From: a virus
Taxonomy: Duplodnaviria; Caudoviricetes
IMG/VR virus record: IMGVR_UViG_2541047088_000004
Coordinates: 1,312-65,311 of that record
Direction: 5' to 3' (one strand)
Length of the DNA: 64,000 bases
In this document: in pieces, positions 28,641-38,347 of the stretch
Layout: every line of letters begins with the position of its first letter
How positions within the stretch are numbered: position 1 is the stretch's first letter
Made by a program: the position numbers and the translations under genes
The notes under the pieces: model-generated
What the model was told of the DNA's origin: nothing
Databases searched by the model: none
Seen by the model: the letters and a program-made list of their open reading frames with translations, nothing else

Positions 28641-28651
28641 TGTGTGTGTTA

Positions 28652-28680
28652 TTGTAAAAATATATAGGACAGGATATAAT
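28652..28680 (+). promoter_or_regulatory. Sigma-A promoter for an antisense RNA
   Basis: TTGTAA-17-TATAAT on the plus strand with no downstream plus-strand gene. Confidence 0.6.
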
Positions 28681-28686
28681 AGTCAC

Positions 28687-28794
28687 AAGGTCGCTGTGGC
28701 AGCTTTATGCTGTCGGTGTTAGGTAGATTGGATACCTGCATTGGCTTTCGGGTGTTGGTAGCACTCAAAAGACATGGCGATCTTATTTAATTTT
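28687..28794 (+). ncRNA. Putative structured cis-antisense sRNA (unassigned family)
   Basis: A 12-bp closing helix 28687-28698/28773-28784 with three G-U pairs that form only on the plus strand; inner hairpins GGCAGC/GCTGTC and AGGTA/TACCT; begins 6-7 nt after a TATAAT box and ends in a U-rich tract. Confidence 0.5.
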
Positions 28795-28801
28795 CATACA
28801 C

Positions 28802-28830
28802 ATATTAGCTCTGAAAGCCGTATTTAGCAA
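28802..28830 (-). promoter_or_regulatory. Integrase operon promoter TTGCTA-17-TAATAT
   Basis: Correct spacing; shares an identical 18-bp stretch with the motif at 49940-49957. Confidence 0.55.
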
Positions 28831-28926
28831 GTGATTCAAGCACTCTTATGAAGCCTTCTACCGTTTTTTACATCCTGTTCTATTAATCTATATTGATATT
28901 TGTTTGTATATAAGGTTAGGTCAGTT

Positions 28927-29634
28927 TTATTTTGATAACATATCTGCTGCCTTCTTTATGAGTGTGGCTACATATTCACCATTAACTGTTTTTCCTTTTA
29001 CCGCATTTTCTCTCCAGTAATCTGGTGAGCTGATTATACCAAGTTTGTTGAGTATATTGATATCGTTTTCCAAGCTTGAATTTTCTTTTTGAAATGGTAT
29101 ATCGAAATACTTCAGAATACCTTTTGCTATAACTGTTCCGATTACTTCTATATTATTGATAATCCATACTGCATCGTCCTTGTTGTCATGGTAGGCTATT
29201 TCAATTAGTGCAGCAGGTGCTGCGGTGTATGCCAACTCATATAGGGGCTTGCCTTTTCCGTAATGATTGCAGCCCTCTTTTACTCCCCTGTCCCTAGATG
29301 GTGTGTTAGGTTCTATTTCTGAATATACTGCTCTTGCAAGCTTCTCTCCATTGCCCCCGAATTTATGGCAGTATACCTCGCAACCTCTTCTGTTGCCCGA
29401 GCCTGCATTTGAATGTATGGCAAAGTGAATGTCCGGTTTTTTGCTGTTGCTGTCTGCAACCACCTGAGCCAGTGTCATTTCTGGTTTGTTTCTATATACA
29501 ACAAGTCCGTGCTGTTTCAGTACTCTTTCTGTTACATCTGCCACCTGATTCATTCTCTTTTCCTCAGTGCCGTAATTGCTGACCCCTATATTCTTTTCCT
29601 GTGTTGACGGACTTAAATATATTGTTTTACTCAT
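28927..29634 (-). CDS. Endolysin, N-acetylmuramoyl-L-alanine amidase (Amidase_3)
   Basis: IYLSPSTQE..E.., FAIHSNA, PAALIEIAYHDN motifs; short C-terminal wall-binding domain; follows the holin. Confidence 0.9.
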   Translation of the reverse strand: MSKTIYLSPSTQEKNIGVSNYGTEEKRMNQVADVTERVLKQHGLVVYRNKPEMTLAQVVADSNSKKPDIHFAIHSNAGSGNRRGCEVYCHKFGGNGEKLARAVYSEIEPNTPSRDRGVKEGCNHYGKGKPLYELAYTAAPAALIEIAYHDNKDDAVWIINNIEVIGTVIAKGILKYFDIPFQKENSSLENDINILNKLGIISSPDYWRENAVKGKTVNGEYVATLIKKAADMLSK

Positions 29635-30046
29635 TTTTGTCCTCCGAATTTATTTGTTCCAAGGCCTTTTTCAATTTCTCAGGTATCGGCAGACCTATTT
29701 TTCCTATGTTCTCAAAAATACTGATGCCTTCATTTGATATATAGAAAAAAATAACGGCTGTGCGAACTGCACTACCGTTACCGATTATGTATACATCTAT
29801 TATGTTCCCGACTCCAACCAGAATGAAAATCAATATTTTTTTGAATATCCCTCTGAACCCTATTTCACTGGATAGCTTCTTTTCCAGTATTGCAACCATT
29901 ATCCCAGTCAGATAATCGATTACTACAAATGCAAGTAATGCATACATAAACCCGTCTAAGCCTCCCAGGAACCAACCGACAAATACCCCTGCCGCTGTAA
30001 AGAGTGCCTGTATGGTTTGTATGGTCTCCTTCATGTTACCTCCCAT
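29627..30046 (-). CDS. Phage holin family 4
   Basis: DYLTG...S.IGFRGIFKK...RTAVIFFYISNEGISI.EN motif. Confidence 0.9.
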   Translation of the reverse strand: MGGNMKETIQTIQALFTAAGVFVGWFLGGLDGFMYALLAFVVIDYLTGIMVAILEKKLSSEIGFRGIFKKILIFILVGVGNIIDVYIIGNGSAVRTAVIFFYISNEGISIFENIGKIGLPIPEKLKKALEQINSEDKNE

Positions 30047-30078
30047 AAATTTGATTTGATTTTGTATTTAAATGTTTA

Positions 30079-31176
30079 TTAGCTTGTTACTACCGTCTTT
30101 ACATCCTTAAATGCCGATTTCAGCTTCCGGCTTAATGTGGGAAGGCTGTTTCCAAAAACGGCTTTAAGCTGGAAGCCCCCGGCTTCATATATTTCTGTTA
30201 CCTCAGTAATCCTGCTGTCCATTACCACACTCCATTCTTTGTTCTGTACTGTTACTACATCACCAACCTCCCAATCCTTCTGATATTCAAAGGGTCCCTT
30301 TACAAGAACCTCGGCCTGAAATGAATATAGTCTCTTTAGCTCAGATAGCCTTACATTTCCCCTTTCTGTTAAATCCGCTTTGTTTTCCACATCCCTTGCA
30401 TCAACAAAGGTTACGTACCTGTCTATACCTGTGTCAGTTGTACCTTGCATAACGATTTCCCTGCCTTCTCCATCTCCCCGGCCTGCAACTACTGCATAAT
30501 TTGCAAACCCTAGGATACTGTCCACGAACTCCTGAGATTTAACATTTTCATACTCCGGAGAAAAGATTACCGGAGGGTTATTCTGCTGGTTTACTGAGCA
30601 GTCCCTGCCCTCATATGTGTCAAAGACCCACTTCTTTGAATTAAAATCCAAACGTATTTGCCATCCAAGACCTGAGAATTGGCTTATTTGTTCTAGCTCC
30701 TCAGCCAGATTTTCATACCTACTCTGCCATTTTATAGACTGCCCTCTGTTCAGGCTTGGAGCTATTATCAGGTTTGGAAAGGCCATTTCTTGTATATCAA
30801 TGCAATTTCTTTGTACATAGCTTTTCATTACTGCTTCTGCTGAGCCTTCCCGGATATCATATGCCTGTCCGTCCGGTGGGATAGTGATTCTCTGCTGCAA
30901 TATTCCCCCGAGAGTACAGCCCTTGCAGGTCAATATTTCTTCTCCACGCTCATTTGTCTTGATTTCCTTGTGCCGAATGATGCCTGCTTTATTTACGTCC
31001 TGCCCTAGTATGATTAATGTATTAATTCCAATATCGCTTGCACCTCCTGTCTTCCTGTTAAGTACAAGCTCAAATTCTCCATAGGAATGGTATCGCCTAC
31101 AAAAAGAAAGGGAAAGATAGCTGTCTATCTCCCCCAATGGCTCAAGTGACGGTGTTAATATCCGTATCGGTTTCAT
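30079..31176 (-). CDS. Minor tail protein, ReqiPepy6 Gp37-like (Tal-type)
   Basis: LGEID.Y.SL.F.RRY..YGEFEL, VVAG.G.G..R, DARD, DW.VGDVVTV motifs. Confidence 0.8.
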   Translation of the reverse strand: MKPIRILTPSLEPLGEIDSYLSLSFCRRYHSYGEFELVLNRKTGGASDIGINTLIILGQDVNKAGIIRHKEIKTNERGEEILTCKGCTLGGILQQRITIPPDGQAYDIREGSAEAVMKSYVQRNCIDIQEMAFPNLIIAPSLNRGQSIKWQSRYENLAEELEQISQFSGLGWQIRLDFNSKKWVFDTYEGRDCSVNQQNNPPVIFSPEYENVKSQEFVDSILGFANYAVVAGRGDGEGREIVMQGTTDTGIDRYVTFVDARDVENKADLTERGNVRLSELKRLYSFQAEVLVKGPFEYQKDWEVGDVVTVQNKEWSVVMDSRITEVTEIYEAGGFQLKAVFGNSLPTLSRKLKSAFKDVKTVVTS

Positions 31177-31199
31177 TTTCCCACCTGCTTATTTAATTT

Positions 31200-31322
31200 T
31201 TATCCTTTTCCTGTAATTTCATCCTTTTGCTTTTCTGTAATCCATGTTTTTGATACTGCAATATCTAATTGTTCTGATGTAAGTCTATTAGCTATATATA
31301 AATAACTTAATCTCTCAAACAT
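31200..31322 (-). CDS. XkdX-like small protein (40 aa)
   Basis: Read manually: MFERLSYLYIANRLTSEQLDIAVSKTWITEKQKDEITGKG, preceded by a GGAGG SD; typical position after tail fibre accessory genes. Confidence 0.7.
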   Translation of the reverse strand: MFERLSYLYIANRLTSEQLDIAVSKTWITEKQKDEITGKG

Positions 31323-31327
31323 GACTT

Positions 31328-31624
31328 TTATGCCTCCCCCTTTAAACTTGATGTAATTAAATCATCAATCTGTGCTTGCATATTTAGATTATCGATTATC
31401 AAACTTTCAACTATACTTTGTAACTTTTCTACTTCTGTTTGTTGGGCCTCCAGTTTAACTCCGTTTCTATAAAAGTACCCGTCCTTGTAGGAATCACCTA
31501 TAGCGACCGGAATGGTACCACAGATGATTGCACCGTTAGCATACGCAAAGCTCTGATCTGCTATTATTATATTTTCCACCGTAGTTCCGTTTTGTGCTAG
31601 AACAACACATCTTAAAACTTTTAT
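31328..31624 (-). CDS. Tail fibre-associated hypothetical protein
   Basis: ORF track 31328-31579; the frame is open to an ATA at 31622-31624, 7 nt after GGAGG. Confidence 0.6.
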   Translation of the reverse strand: MKVLRCVVLAQNGTTVENIIIADQSFAYANGAIICGTIPVAIGDSYKDGYFYRNGVKLEAQQTEVEKLQSIVESLIIDNLNMQAQIDDLITSSLKGEA

Positions 31625-31642
31625 AGTAAAACCTCCTTTAAA

Positions 31643-32455
31643 TTATGTTGGGTATCCCCATCGTACAATTACTAAGCCAGAACCACCAGTACCTCCAGTA
31701 CCTCTGGAACTGGCACAGCCACCACCACCTCCTCCTCCACCATAGCCGCCACCACCTGGACCACCAGGTGAACCTACGGTGCCTGAACCGTTAGTGCCAG
31801 CAATACCCGATCCTTCGATAAAGGATGAAGCTCCAGGATCACCGGAATTACTACCTGTGGAGCCAGTCCCACCAGCACCTCCAGCACCACCACCCGCATG
31901 GACTCTACCCCAAAAATCCGTTGTTGGTGTCCCTTGTCCAGTACCATTAGATCCTGCACCAGAGCTACCGCCACTAGAATAGGAGGCTGGAGTTCCATTA
32001 CCCCCATTGGAACCTGCAACACCACCACAAGAGAAATAGCTACTGGTACAATACATTCCTCCTCCACCAGCACTTCCTCCATTACCTCCATTGCTAGAGG
32101 TAGCTCCATAACCACCAGCAGCCGAAGTTAAATTAGGATAAGTACTATTACCTCCATTGACTCCTGCTGAGCCTCCTGAACCAACATAAATAGTATTTGT
32201 TCCTGGTGGATCTACGTTATAATATGTTTTTGTATAGCCGCCACCACCACCTCCTCCACCTACAAGAAAGACATCTACTTTCTTAGGTAATCTATCTATG
32301 AAAGTTAATTTACCAGAGGTATAACATTCAATATAACCTTTGGTAGGGCCTTCCGATACGATCTTACATGAACCTGTATATTCAACTTTTACTGGGGTGC
32401 CTTGTCACTTATCACTTTTTGGTCTTACGAAACTTTCACCAAAGCTTCTACCCAT
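31643..32455 (-). pseudogene. Glycine-rich tail fibre/receptor-binding protein interrupted by an in-frame TGA
   Basis: ATG at 32455 (TAATG coupling) reads MGRSFGESFVRPKSDK*(32405-32407)QGTP...VDVFLVGGGGGG...GGSGLVIVRW, in frame with ORF 31643-32056. Confidence 0.8.
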
Positions 32456-32910
32456 TAATAATCGCCTCCCATAAAGGTTACGGAATAACCCGAAGCAACT
32501 GTCGTACCTAAGGATACATATATTTTTTCTCTACTTTTTAAAGCAGGGGGTAATACTCCATTACCATCGTTGGCATAGTTGATTGGTAATAGTACCGTGT
32601 CCACTCCTGTGATAGCAGCTGTCTGAGCTGTTGAAGCTGCTAATGCTACCTCATGAATTAGTATAAAATTCACCTCTGCTGTGCCTTGTCCATCATTCCA
32701 ATAAATTCTCAATACTGAAGCAACATTACTTCCAAGGGCCCTTATCTTAATAGCATCCACTCTTGTACCATTAGTACCGCCAGTAGCTAAAACCATCCCA
32801 TTTGTTAGAGGAGCTTTTATATTTGTATCAGCAGTTTGTATATATACACCTGATGTATTAGGACTTGCAGGATAAATTGGTATTGTATTTGCTGGCATAT
32901 TATAATGCAC
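32455..32910 (-). CDS. Phage tail/baseplate hypothetical protein
   Basis: ORF coupled to its neighbours in the tail module; likely start MPANT. Confidence 0.6.
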   Translation of the reverse strand: MHYNMPANTIPIYPASPNTSGVYIQTADTNIKAPLTNGMVLATGGTNGTRVDAIKIRALGSNVASVLRIYWNDGQGTAEVNFILIHEVALAASTAQTAAITGVDTVLLPINYANDGNGVLPPALKSREKIYVSLGTTVASGYSVTFMGGDY

Positions 32911-33628
32911 CTCCTATATTTTTATATGCGTTTAAAATTGCTGCTACATTGGGCATATCCCACAAATGTGCCTCAAATTCTGTTTTGGTTACAAGATTAC
33001 TTGTGTCCTTTATTTGTTCAAACCAGCCTTTCCATTCTCTATAGAAATCTCCATCTGGCTCTGAGGTTTTGCTGTTCATCCATGCTTCAAACCTGTTATA
33101 TATTTCTGTTGTATTAACCTGGTCAAACAAATGTGTAACAAGCCCGCAAACAGTATTGTCCAGCCTTTCATCGGTGATTTGATAATCCTCGATATAGCTC
33201 TTTCCTGCAACAATTCTTACCTGAGCCAGAGATATTTCATAAATGTTATCGTTTCTCGTTAATTCCATTGGAGTTGGTTCCAAGGAGGGATTACCCTTTA
33301 GGATAAAGGCCTTTATATACCTGTTTTCCAGAGTTTTATCAAGGCGTATAATTACTCTGTCAATTCTGTCCAAGGCGGGGTCCGCCATATCATGCTCAAG
33401 ATATAAATTCTCTGTGTCAAGCTTATACAAATATCCTTCAAGCCATGCGTATCCGGGTTTTATGTATACTTTCATATTTACTTTGTCTGTTCCAACCTTG
33501 AGGGTTTCCCCGCCGTTGAAAATACCGTTTCTTATAAACTGCCTGAAATATTCCGCAAATTCATCGGCAGTGTAATACCTTTCATCGGTTCCATCAATAC
33601 TATCAAAAAATTTATAGCTTTCTGCCAC
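32900..33628 (-). CDS. Baseplate upper/structural protein (BppU-like N-terminus)
   Basis: FFDS..G.D.R.Y.A..FA.YF..FI.NG, DRIDRVIIRLD, YEISLAQV motifs. Confidence 0.7.
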   Translation of the reverse strand: MAESYKFFDSIDGTDERYYTADEFAEYFRQFIRNGIFNGGETLKVGTDKVNMKVYIKPGYAWLEGYLYKLDTENLYLEHDMADPALDRIDRVIIRLDKTLENRYIKAFILKGNPSLEPTPMELTRNDNIYEISLAQVRIVAGKSYIEDYQITDERLDNTVCGLVTHLFDQVNTTEIYNRFEAWMNSKTSEPDGDFYREWKGWFEQIKDTSNLVTKTEFEAHLWDMPNVAAILNAYKNIGGAL

Positions 33629-33699
33629 CTGTCAACCTCCTGTCATAAGCCAATATAACTGTTTTTCCACTTTTTGTACTTTGGTATTTTATTTAATAC

Positions 33700-33730
33700 A
33701 AAAACTGCATATCTTTATGAGATATGCAGT
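33700..33730 (-). terminator. Intrinsic terminator after the 139-aa moron
   Basis: Perfect 11-bp stem ACTGCATATCT / AGATATGCAGT followed by a T-run on the minus strand. Confidence 0.75.
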
Positions 33731-33751
33731 GCGAAAAGTTCAACATCTTAA

Positions 33752-34171
33752 TTACCTTCCAATAAACATATTTCTGCTAAATGGGCTCCAGTTTTCTCCT
33801 CTATAACCAGTCATCCCTTCTAAATTAACAAAACAAGGGAGCACTGTATACATGATACCAGCCATTGCATTAACCCTAAATGTCATGATGTATCTCATCC
33901 TCGAATTGTCAGCAGGTGTTATTCTTGCCATATTAGGGCGTATTGCATTATCTGCTGTTAGAGCTTCTTTCATTCCTACGCTTGCTATACCAACAGGACC
34001 CATATTACTTCTAATCCAATAATTTGAAACATTTGTTGCTGATGCTAAATCAGTTCGCTGATCATATGTCATTAAAATCTGGTTTGGTGCAATTTGTCTA
34101 GCCTCCATTATAATTGGATGAGGTATCATCTCTCTTTCCGGATAAAAACTTAACATTTTTAAAACCCCCAC
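33752..34171 (-). CDS. Hypothetical protein (moron in the tail module)
   Basis: 139-aa ORF with its own terminator, inserted between Dit and the baseplate gene. Confidence 0.65.
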   Translation of the reverse strand: MGVLKMLSFYPEREMIPHPIIMEARQIAPNQILMTYDQRTDLASATNVSNYWIRSNMGPVGIASVGMKEALTADNAIRPNMARITPADNSRMRYIMTFRVNAMAGIMYTVLPCFVNLEGMTGYRGENWSPFSRNMFIGR

Positions 34172-34256
34172 ATATCTACAAAATAGTTAATACCATATTA
34201 TAAAATATGTGGCTTAACCTGTTTATGTTAACTTTCTTTTTTCTGGATATAGGCTT

Positions 34257-35129
34257 TTATATCCCAATATATCTGTTCTTCCACTTTATCTGTACCTTGG
34301 TGTTGATACTGTCATTGTTGCTGTTATAGCTTACTATGTTCTCCCCGGGAACGAGCTGCCAAAAGGTGCTGTTTAAATCAATGTAGTGAAAGGCATTATT
34401 TCCGTTGATTAAAACATGCTTTTCTCCGAAGGCTGTAGAAATACTAAGTACATCATTTTCCTCCAGCTCACGATTAATCCTTATATATTCTCCTGTAGTT
34501 TCATTGGTCACCATTGGATTCACAGCCGGACCCTTTATTTCAATATTGACCGGGGCAGAAACATCACCGGAGTTGATCGCCCTTCTCTGAAACCCTCTGC
34601 TAGAGAAGGCAGTGGGAAAAGTGGTCTTAAACTTTAAGCCCCCAACTATATATGAAAGCTCTTTGCCTTCATAAAATGTATCAAGCCAAAAGGGTTGATG
34701 GCATAATAAAGTAATTAAAAACTTCTGATACCCGACACCCTTACTACCCTGCTTTCCTGGAAAGACAGGAGTAGATTGAGCTATTCCCTTTATCTCCTTT
34801 ACAATACTCCTGTTGATATATGTAATTGTGACTTCACCAAGTTTCGGATTTAGTACCTCCTGCATTTTTCGTCTGGCATTTAATAATTCGTTAGGGTTTC
34901 TTCTGGTTAATATGGTACCTTCTATTATCAACTCCCTTTCCTCCAAGGTATTACCGATATATCCGGAACCGTCCTGCCCGGGTGACTTCTGACTTTCAAT
35001 GGTCACCTGGACCTCAGATGCGCCATCCAAAGTTTCAAGGAAGAATGGGGCCTTATTACAAAGAGTAATACTGTCTCCTCTTTGATTTGTTATTATCAGC
35101 TTCTGCAAGGCACACCTCCTACCATTCAA
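34257..35129 (-). CDS. Distal tail protein (Dit, Siphovirus tail component)
   Basis: Follows the tape measure gene; Q.S.GQDG..Y....L..REL.I.G, LCHQPFW, N.GDV..PV.I.I.GP..NP motifs. Confidence 0.85.
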   Translation of the reverse strand: MNGRRCALQKLIITNQRGDSITLCNKAPFFLETLDGASEVQVTIESQKSPGQDGSGYIGNTLEERELIIEGTILTRRNPNELLNARRKMQEVLNPKLGEVTITYINRSIVKEIKGIAQSTPVFPGKQGSKGVGYQKFLITLLCHQPFWLDTFYEGKELSYIVGGLKFKTTFPTAFSSRGFQRRAINSGDVSAPVNIEIKGPAVNPMVTNETTGEYIRINRELEENDVLSISTAFGEKHVLINGNNAFHYIDLNSTFWQLVPGENIVSYNSNNDSINTKVQIKWKNRYIGI

Positions 35130-37479
35130 GGGCCATCTGTCTCGATGTATTTTTGATTTGCCTTGCTATTTCCGAGGGAGTCAGCGGAGTAGGACTGTTT
35201 ATTGTAATGTTCTGGATGATTTCATTACCATAAGACGACATATTATTACTCCCGACCGGAACAAACACATTTTCATTTAAACCAGTATTTGTTCCGCTAA
35301 TGGAAGCCAATATATCGGATTTGCTTATATTAAAATCAGTAGGTATTGCCTTTTTCATGTCTCGTTCTATATCAGCCATTGTTCTTATAAAGCCTACCCC
35401 CAGGCCCTTACTCATATTTGCGCCGATATCAGCAAAAACCGTAGAAGGCGAATGTATACCCAGCAACCCCTTAACATTACCTACAATTCCTCCAACAAAA
35501 CCGCTGATCTTACCCTCAATCCAACCTGCCATCCCGGTAATACCTTCCCACAGTCCCTTTACTATGTTTTTACCAATCTCAACAATTGACACAACGGCTT
35601 GTCCAATACCCACCAAAATCGCAGTCACTATCTGTGGAAGCTGTGCAACCAATAAAGGTACTGCCTTAATAAGCCCCATGGAAAGTTCGTATGTGAAGTT
35701 CGAACCCACTTCAATTATCTTGGGGAGATTTTGGGTTATAAAGTTGATAATCGACGATATTATTTTAGGAAGTGCCTTTATAAGTGCTGGAAGTGAATCA
35801 ATTAAACCCTTTGCAAGACCATCAATGATTTTAAAGGCTGCATCCAGAATCTTGTCCATGTTTTGTAAAATGGTTCCTACTATTAAAAGAACTGCATCCA
35901 CAACAGAAGGTATCAGCTTGGGCAGTGCTTCTCCGATTCCATTTGCAAGAGTTATTACCATTTGTATTGCACCTTCAACCAAGGCAGGCAGATTTTCTAT
36001 TATGCCATCCAGCAGTGCTACAACAAGCTTAAGTGCTCCATCTGTTATGGCTGGCAATGCATCTATCAGGCCCTTAAGGAGGGTCATTACAATTGAAACG
36101 GCCGCATTGATTATTGCCGGAAGATTATTTAATATTGCACCTCCAATTGAGGTTACTATATCAAGTCCCAGTTGGATTAATTTAGGCAGGTTCTCCATTA
36201 TTGTGCTTGCAATGCCCCCAACTGTTTCACCGATAACGGCTGATATCTTGCTCCAATCACCTCCGGCTTTATTTAATCCTCTTGCAAAGTTACCAAGTAA
36301 GGTAACTCCATCATCAGCCAGTATTTGAAGCTGGGGCAGTAATACCATCCCCAGTACATTTTTAGCCCCTTCGGCTCCACCTTTTAGTCTCTGAACACTA
36401 TCATCAAACTTTCCGAGTGCAGACAAAGAGTCATCACTCATAACAACACCCATTTGCCTGGCCTCTTCCGTCAATGCCGCGATTCCATCAGAGCCCTGAG
36501 CAATAAGCGGATTTAAATCCTGTGCGGATTTTCCGAATATCTGCATGGCAAGAGCATCCCGTTCTGTTTCATTTGAGATTTTCCCCAAAGTATCAATAGC
36601 TTCCCAATAGACTGTGCCGCTATCTCTTAACTGTCCATTGCTGTCTGTTACGGAAATGCCTAGCTTATTATATGCCTCAGCAAACTTAGCCGATCCGTCT
36701 CTGGCATTTGACATGGACTTTACCTGCTTTGCCATTGAACCTGTAAGAGTATCCAAAGACACATCCACCAACTCCGCAGCGTATTTATATGCCTGAAGGC
36801 TCTCAGTGGACATGCCTGTAACTGTGGACATTGTTAAAATATCATCTGCATATGAGGAGGCATTAACCGACATTTCAATCAATGCCTTTCCTGCACCGGA
36901 AGCAGCGGCACCTATTCCTACAAGTGCTGCACCCATTGCCACACCGATTCCCTTTAAAACACCGCCTAGCTTTTCAAAGCGGTTTCCCGCGTTATCTGCC
37001 GTATCCGCTGTCTTCTTAACTTCCCTGTCAAACTCACTGACCTTGTTCTCCGCTTCATCAAAGCCGCTACCTGTAGTATTCAGAGCCTTATTATTATCCT
37101 CCAGCTCCTTTACCATATTGTTAAGGTCTGCATTTGCATTGTTAAGCTGAATCTGCCATGCTCGAGTTCGCTTATCATTCTCGCCAAAGGAGGTGGCTGC
37201 ATTCAGCAATGCTTTTTCAAGGGTAGCTACCTTTTCCTTCTGAGTATCTATCTCCTTGTTAAGCACTTGATTTCTTGCAGTTAATGCATCAATTGATTTA
37301 TCCTGCCTATCAAATTGTGAGGAAACAAGGTTCATCTCAGAGCCCAAGACCTTAAAGCTCTGATTTATATCCTTTAGTGCATCCTTGAACTCCTTTTCAC
37401 CTTCAATGCCTATTTTCAAGCCAAAATTGTCTGCCAGTATACCACCTCCTTCCTGGATTTTGGGCATAAGAAAAGACAC
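35119..37479 (-). CDS. Tail tape measure protein
   Basis: ADNFGLKIGIEGEKEFK N-terminus, coiled-coil and amphipathic repeats, LLGIHSPS motif; probable CTG start at 37437 after GGAGG. Confidence 0.9.
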   Translation of the reverse strand: MSFLMPKIQEGGGILADNFGLKIGIEGEKEFKDALKDINQSFKVLGSEMNLVSSQFDRQDKSIDALTARNQVLNKEIDTQKEKVATLEKALLNAATSFGENDKRTRAWQIQLNNANADLNNMVKELEDNNKALNTTGSGFDEAENKVSEFDREVKKTADTADNAGNRFEKLGGVLKGIGVAMGAALVGIGAAASGAGKALIEMSVNASSYADDILTMSTVTGMSTESLQAYKYAAELVDVSLDTLTGSMAKQVKSMSNARDGSAKFAEAYNKLGISVTDSNGQLRDSGTVYWEAIDTLGKISNETERDALAMQIFGKSAQDLNPLIAQGSDGIAALTEEARQMGVVMSDDSLSALGKFDDSVQRLKGGAEGAKNVLGMVLLPQLQILADDGVTLLGNFARGLNKAGGDWSKISAVIGETVGGIASTIMENLPKLIQLGLDIVTSIGGAILNNLPAIINAAVSIVMTLLKGLIDALPAITDGALKLVVALLDGIIENLPALVEGAIQMVITLANGIGEALPKLIPSVVDAVLLIVGTILQNMDKILDAAFKIIDGLAKGLIDSLPALIKALPKIISSIINFITQNLPKIIEVGSNFTYELSMGLIKAVPLLVAQLPQIVTAILVGIGQAVVSIVEIGKNIVKGLWEGITGMAGWIEGKISGFVGGIVGNVKGLLGIHSPSTVFADIGANMSKGLGVGFIRTMADIERDMKKAIPTDFNISKSDILASISGTNTGLNENVFVPVGSNNMSSYGNEIIQNITINSPTPLTPSEIARQIKNTSRQMALEW

Positions 37480-37680
37480 TCTGTTAAAGAGAGTGCCTGT
37501 AAAAATTTAAAACCTATTAAGATAATGTACATTATAAAACGATTGCAAAATTACTTTTACACTTCAAACTTATACTGTACTGTTAACTAATCGAAATTGT
37601 TACCAATTTGATACTCTTTCTGTTTTTATTTAATGGTATAATATGTAAATACTATGTTTTTGCATAAAGGAGCTGATTAA

Positions 37681-38241
37681 ATGAAAAAAGCTATTTCATT
37701 GGTTGTTGCAATTATACTCACAGTAATATCGGTTTCATGTACTTATCAAGGAGAAGATAATAAAAAAAGTTTGAATAGCAAAGAGGTCTCAAAAAGCACT
37801 GCTACTGTATCTTTGTCAAGTTCATCTAACGTAAAATTTGAATACTTTTTTAGAGGTTTTGTTACTTTAGTAGGGAATGACAAAATCAGTAATTATCCAC
37901 GTGATCCATGGATAATAGAGACAGATGCTGACTGGCATGATTTTATGGATAAATATGTACCAGGGGCTCGTTATTTAGTATCCGTAGATTATTCAAAAGA
38001 AAGTCTTATATTTAGTCCTTTCTTCCCAGCGCAAGCCCCGTATTCCTACGGTACTGATATAAAAACATTTACTGTAGAAGATAAAGAATTTATACCGAAA
38101 TATATTAAACATGAAAATGGAACAATAAATGATATATGTGTACAGAATATTGATGATATACTTCATGTTTTTGTAAACATAGTAAAAGTAAATAAAAAAG
38201 ATATCCCAACAGATATCTCAAACAAATATCATAAAGATTGA
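37681..38241 (+). CDS. Lipoprotein moron on the opposite strand
   Basis: Lipobox ISVS-C, AAGGAG SD, upstream TGGTATAAT extended -10, AT-rich. Confidence 0.75.
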   Translation: MKKAISLVVAIILTVISVSCTYQGEDNKKSLNSKEVSKSTATVSLSSSSNVKFEYFFRGFVTLVGNDKISNYPRDPWIIETDADWHDFMDKYVPGARYLVSVDYSKESLIFSPFFPAQAPYSYGTDIKTFTVEDKEFIPKYIKHENGTINDICVQNIDDILHVFVNIVKVNKKDIPTDISNKYHKD

Positions 38242-38347
38242 TTTTTTAATATGTAATTCGTTACACAAAAGACGCCTATAAATGGGCATTAGCCTACCAA
38301 GTATACAAAACAATATATCACATTTGTAAAAATCTTGATATAGATTG

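Noticed and set aside
28600-28800. Possible known riboswitch (c-di-GMP, SAM, T-box) in the integrase leader
   Set aside because: None of the diagnostic sequence motifs is recognisable, and strand asymmetry of the G-U pairs favours an antisense RNA; reported only as an unassigned ncRNA
32405-32407. Selenocysteine read-through of the tail fibre TGA
   Set aside because: No SECIS-like hairpin evident downstream and no redox context
30079-32455. Diversity-generating retroelement acting on the tail fibre
   Set aside because: No reverse transcriptase and no template/variable repeat pair found
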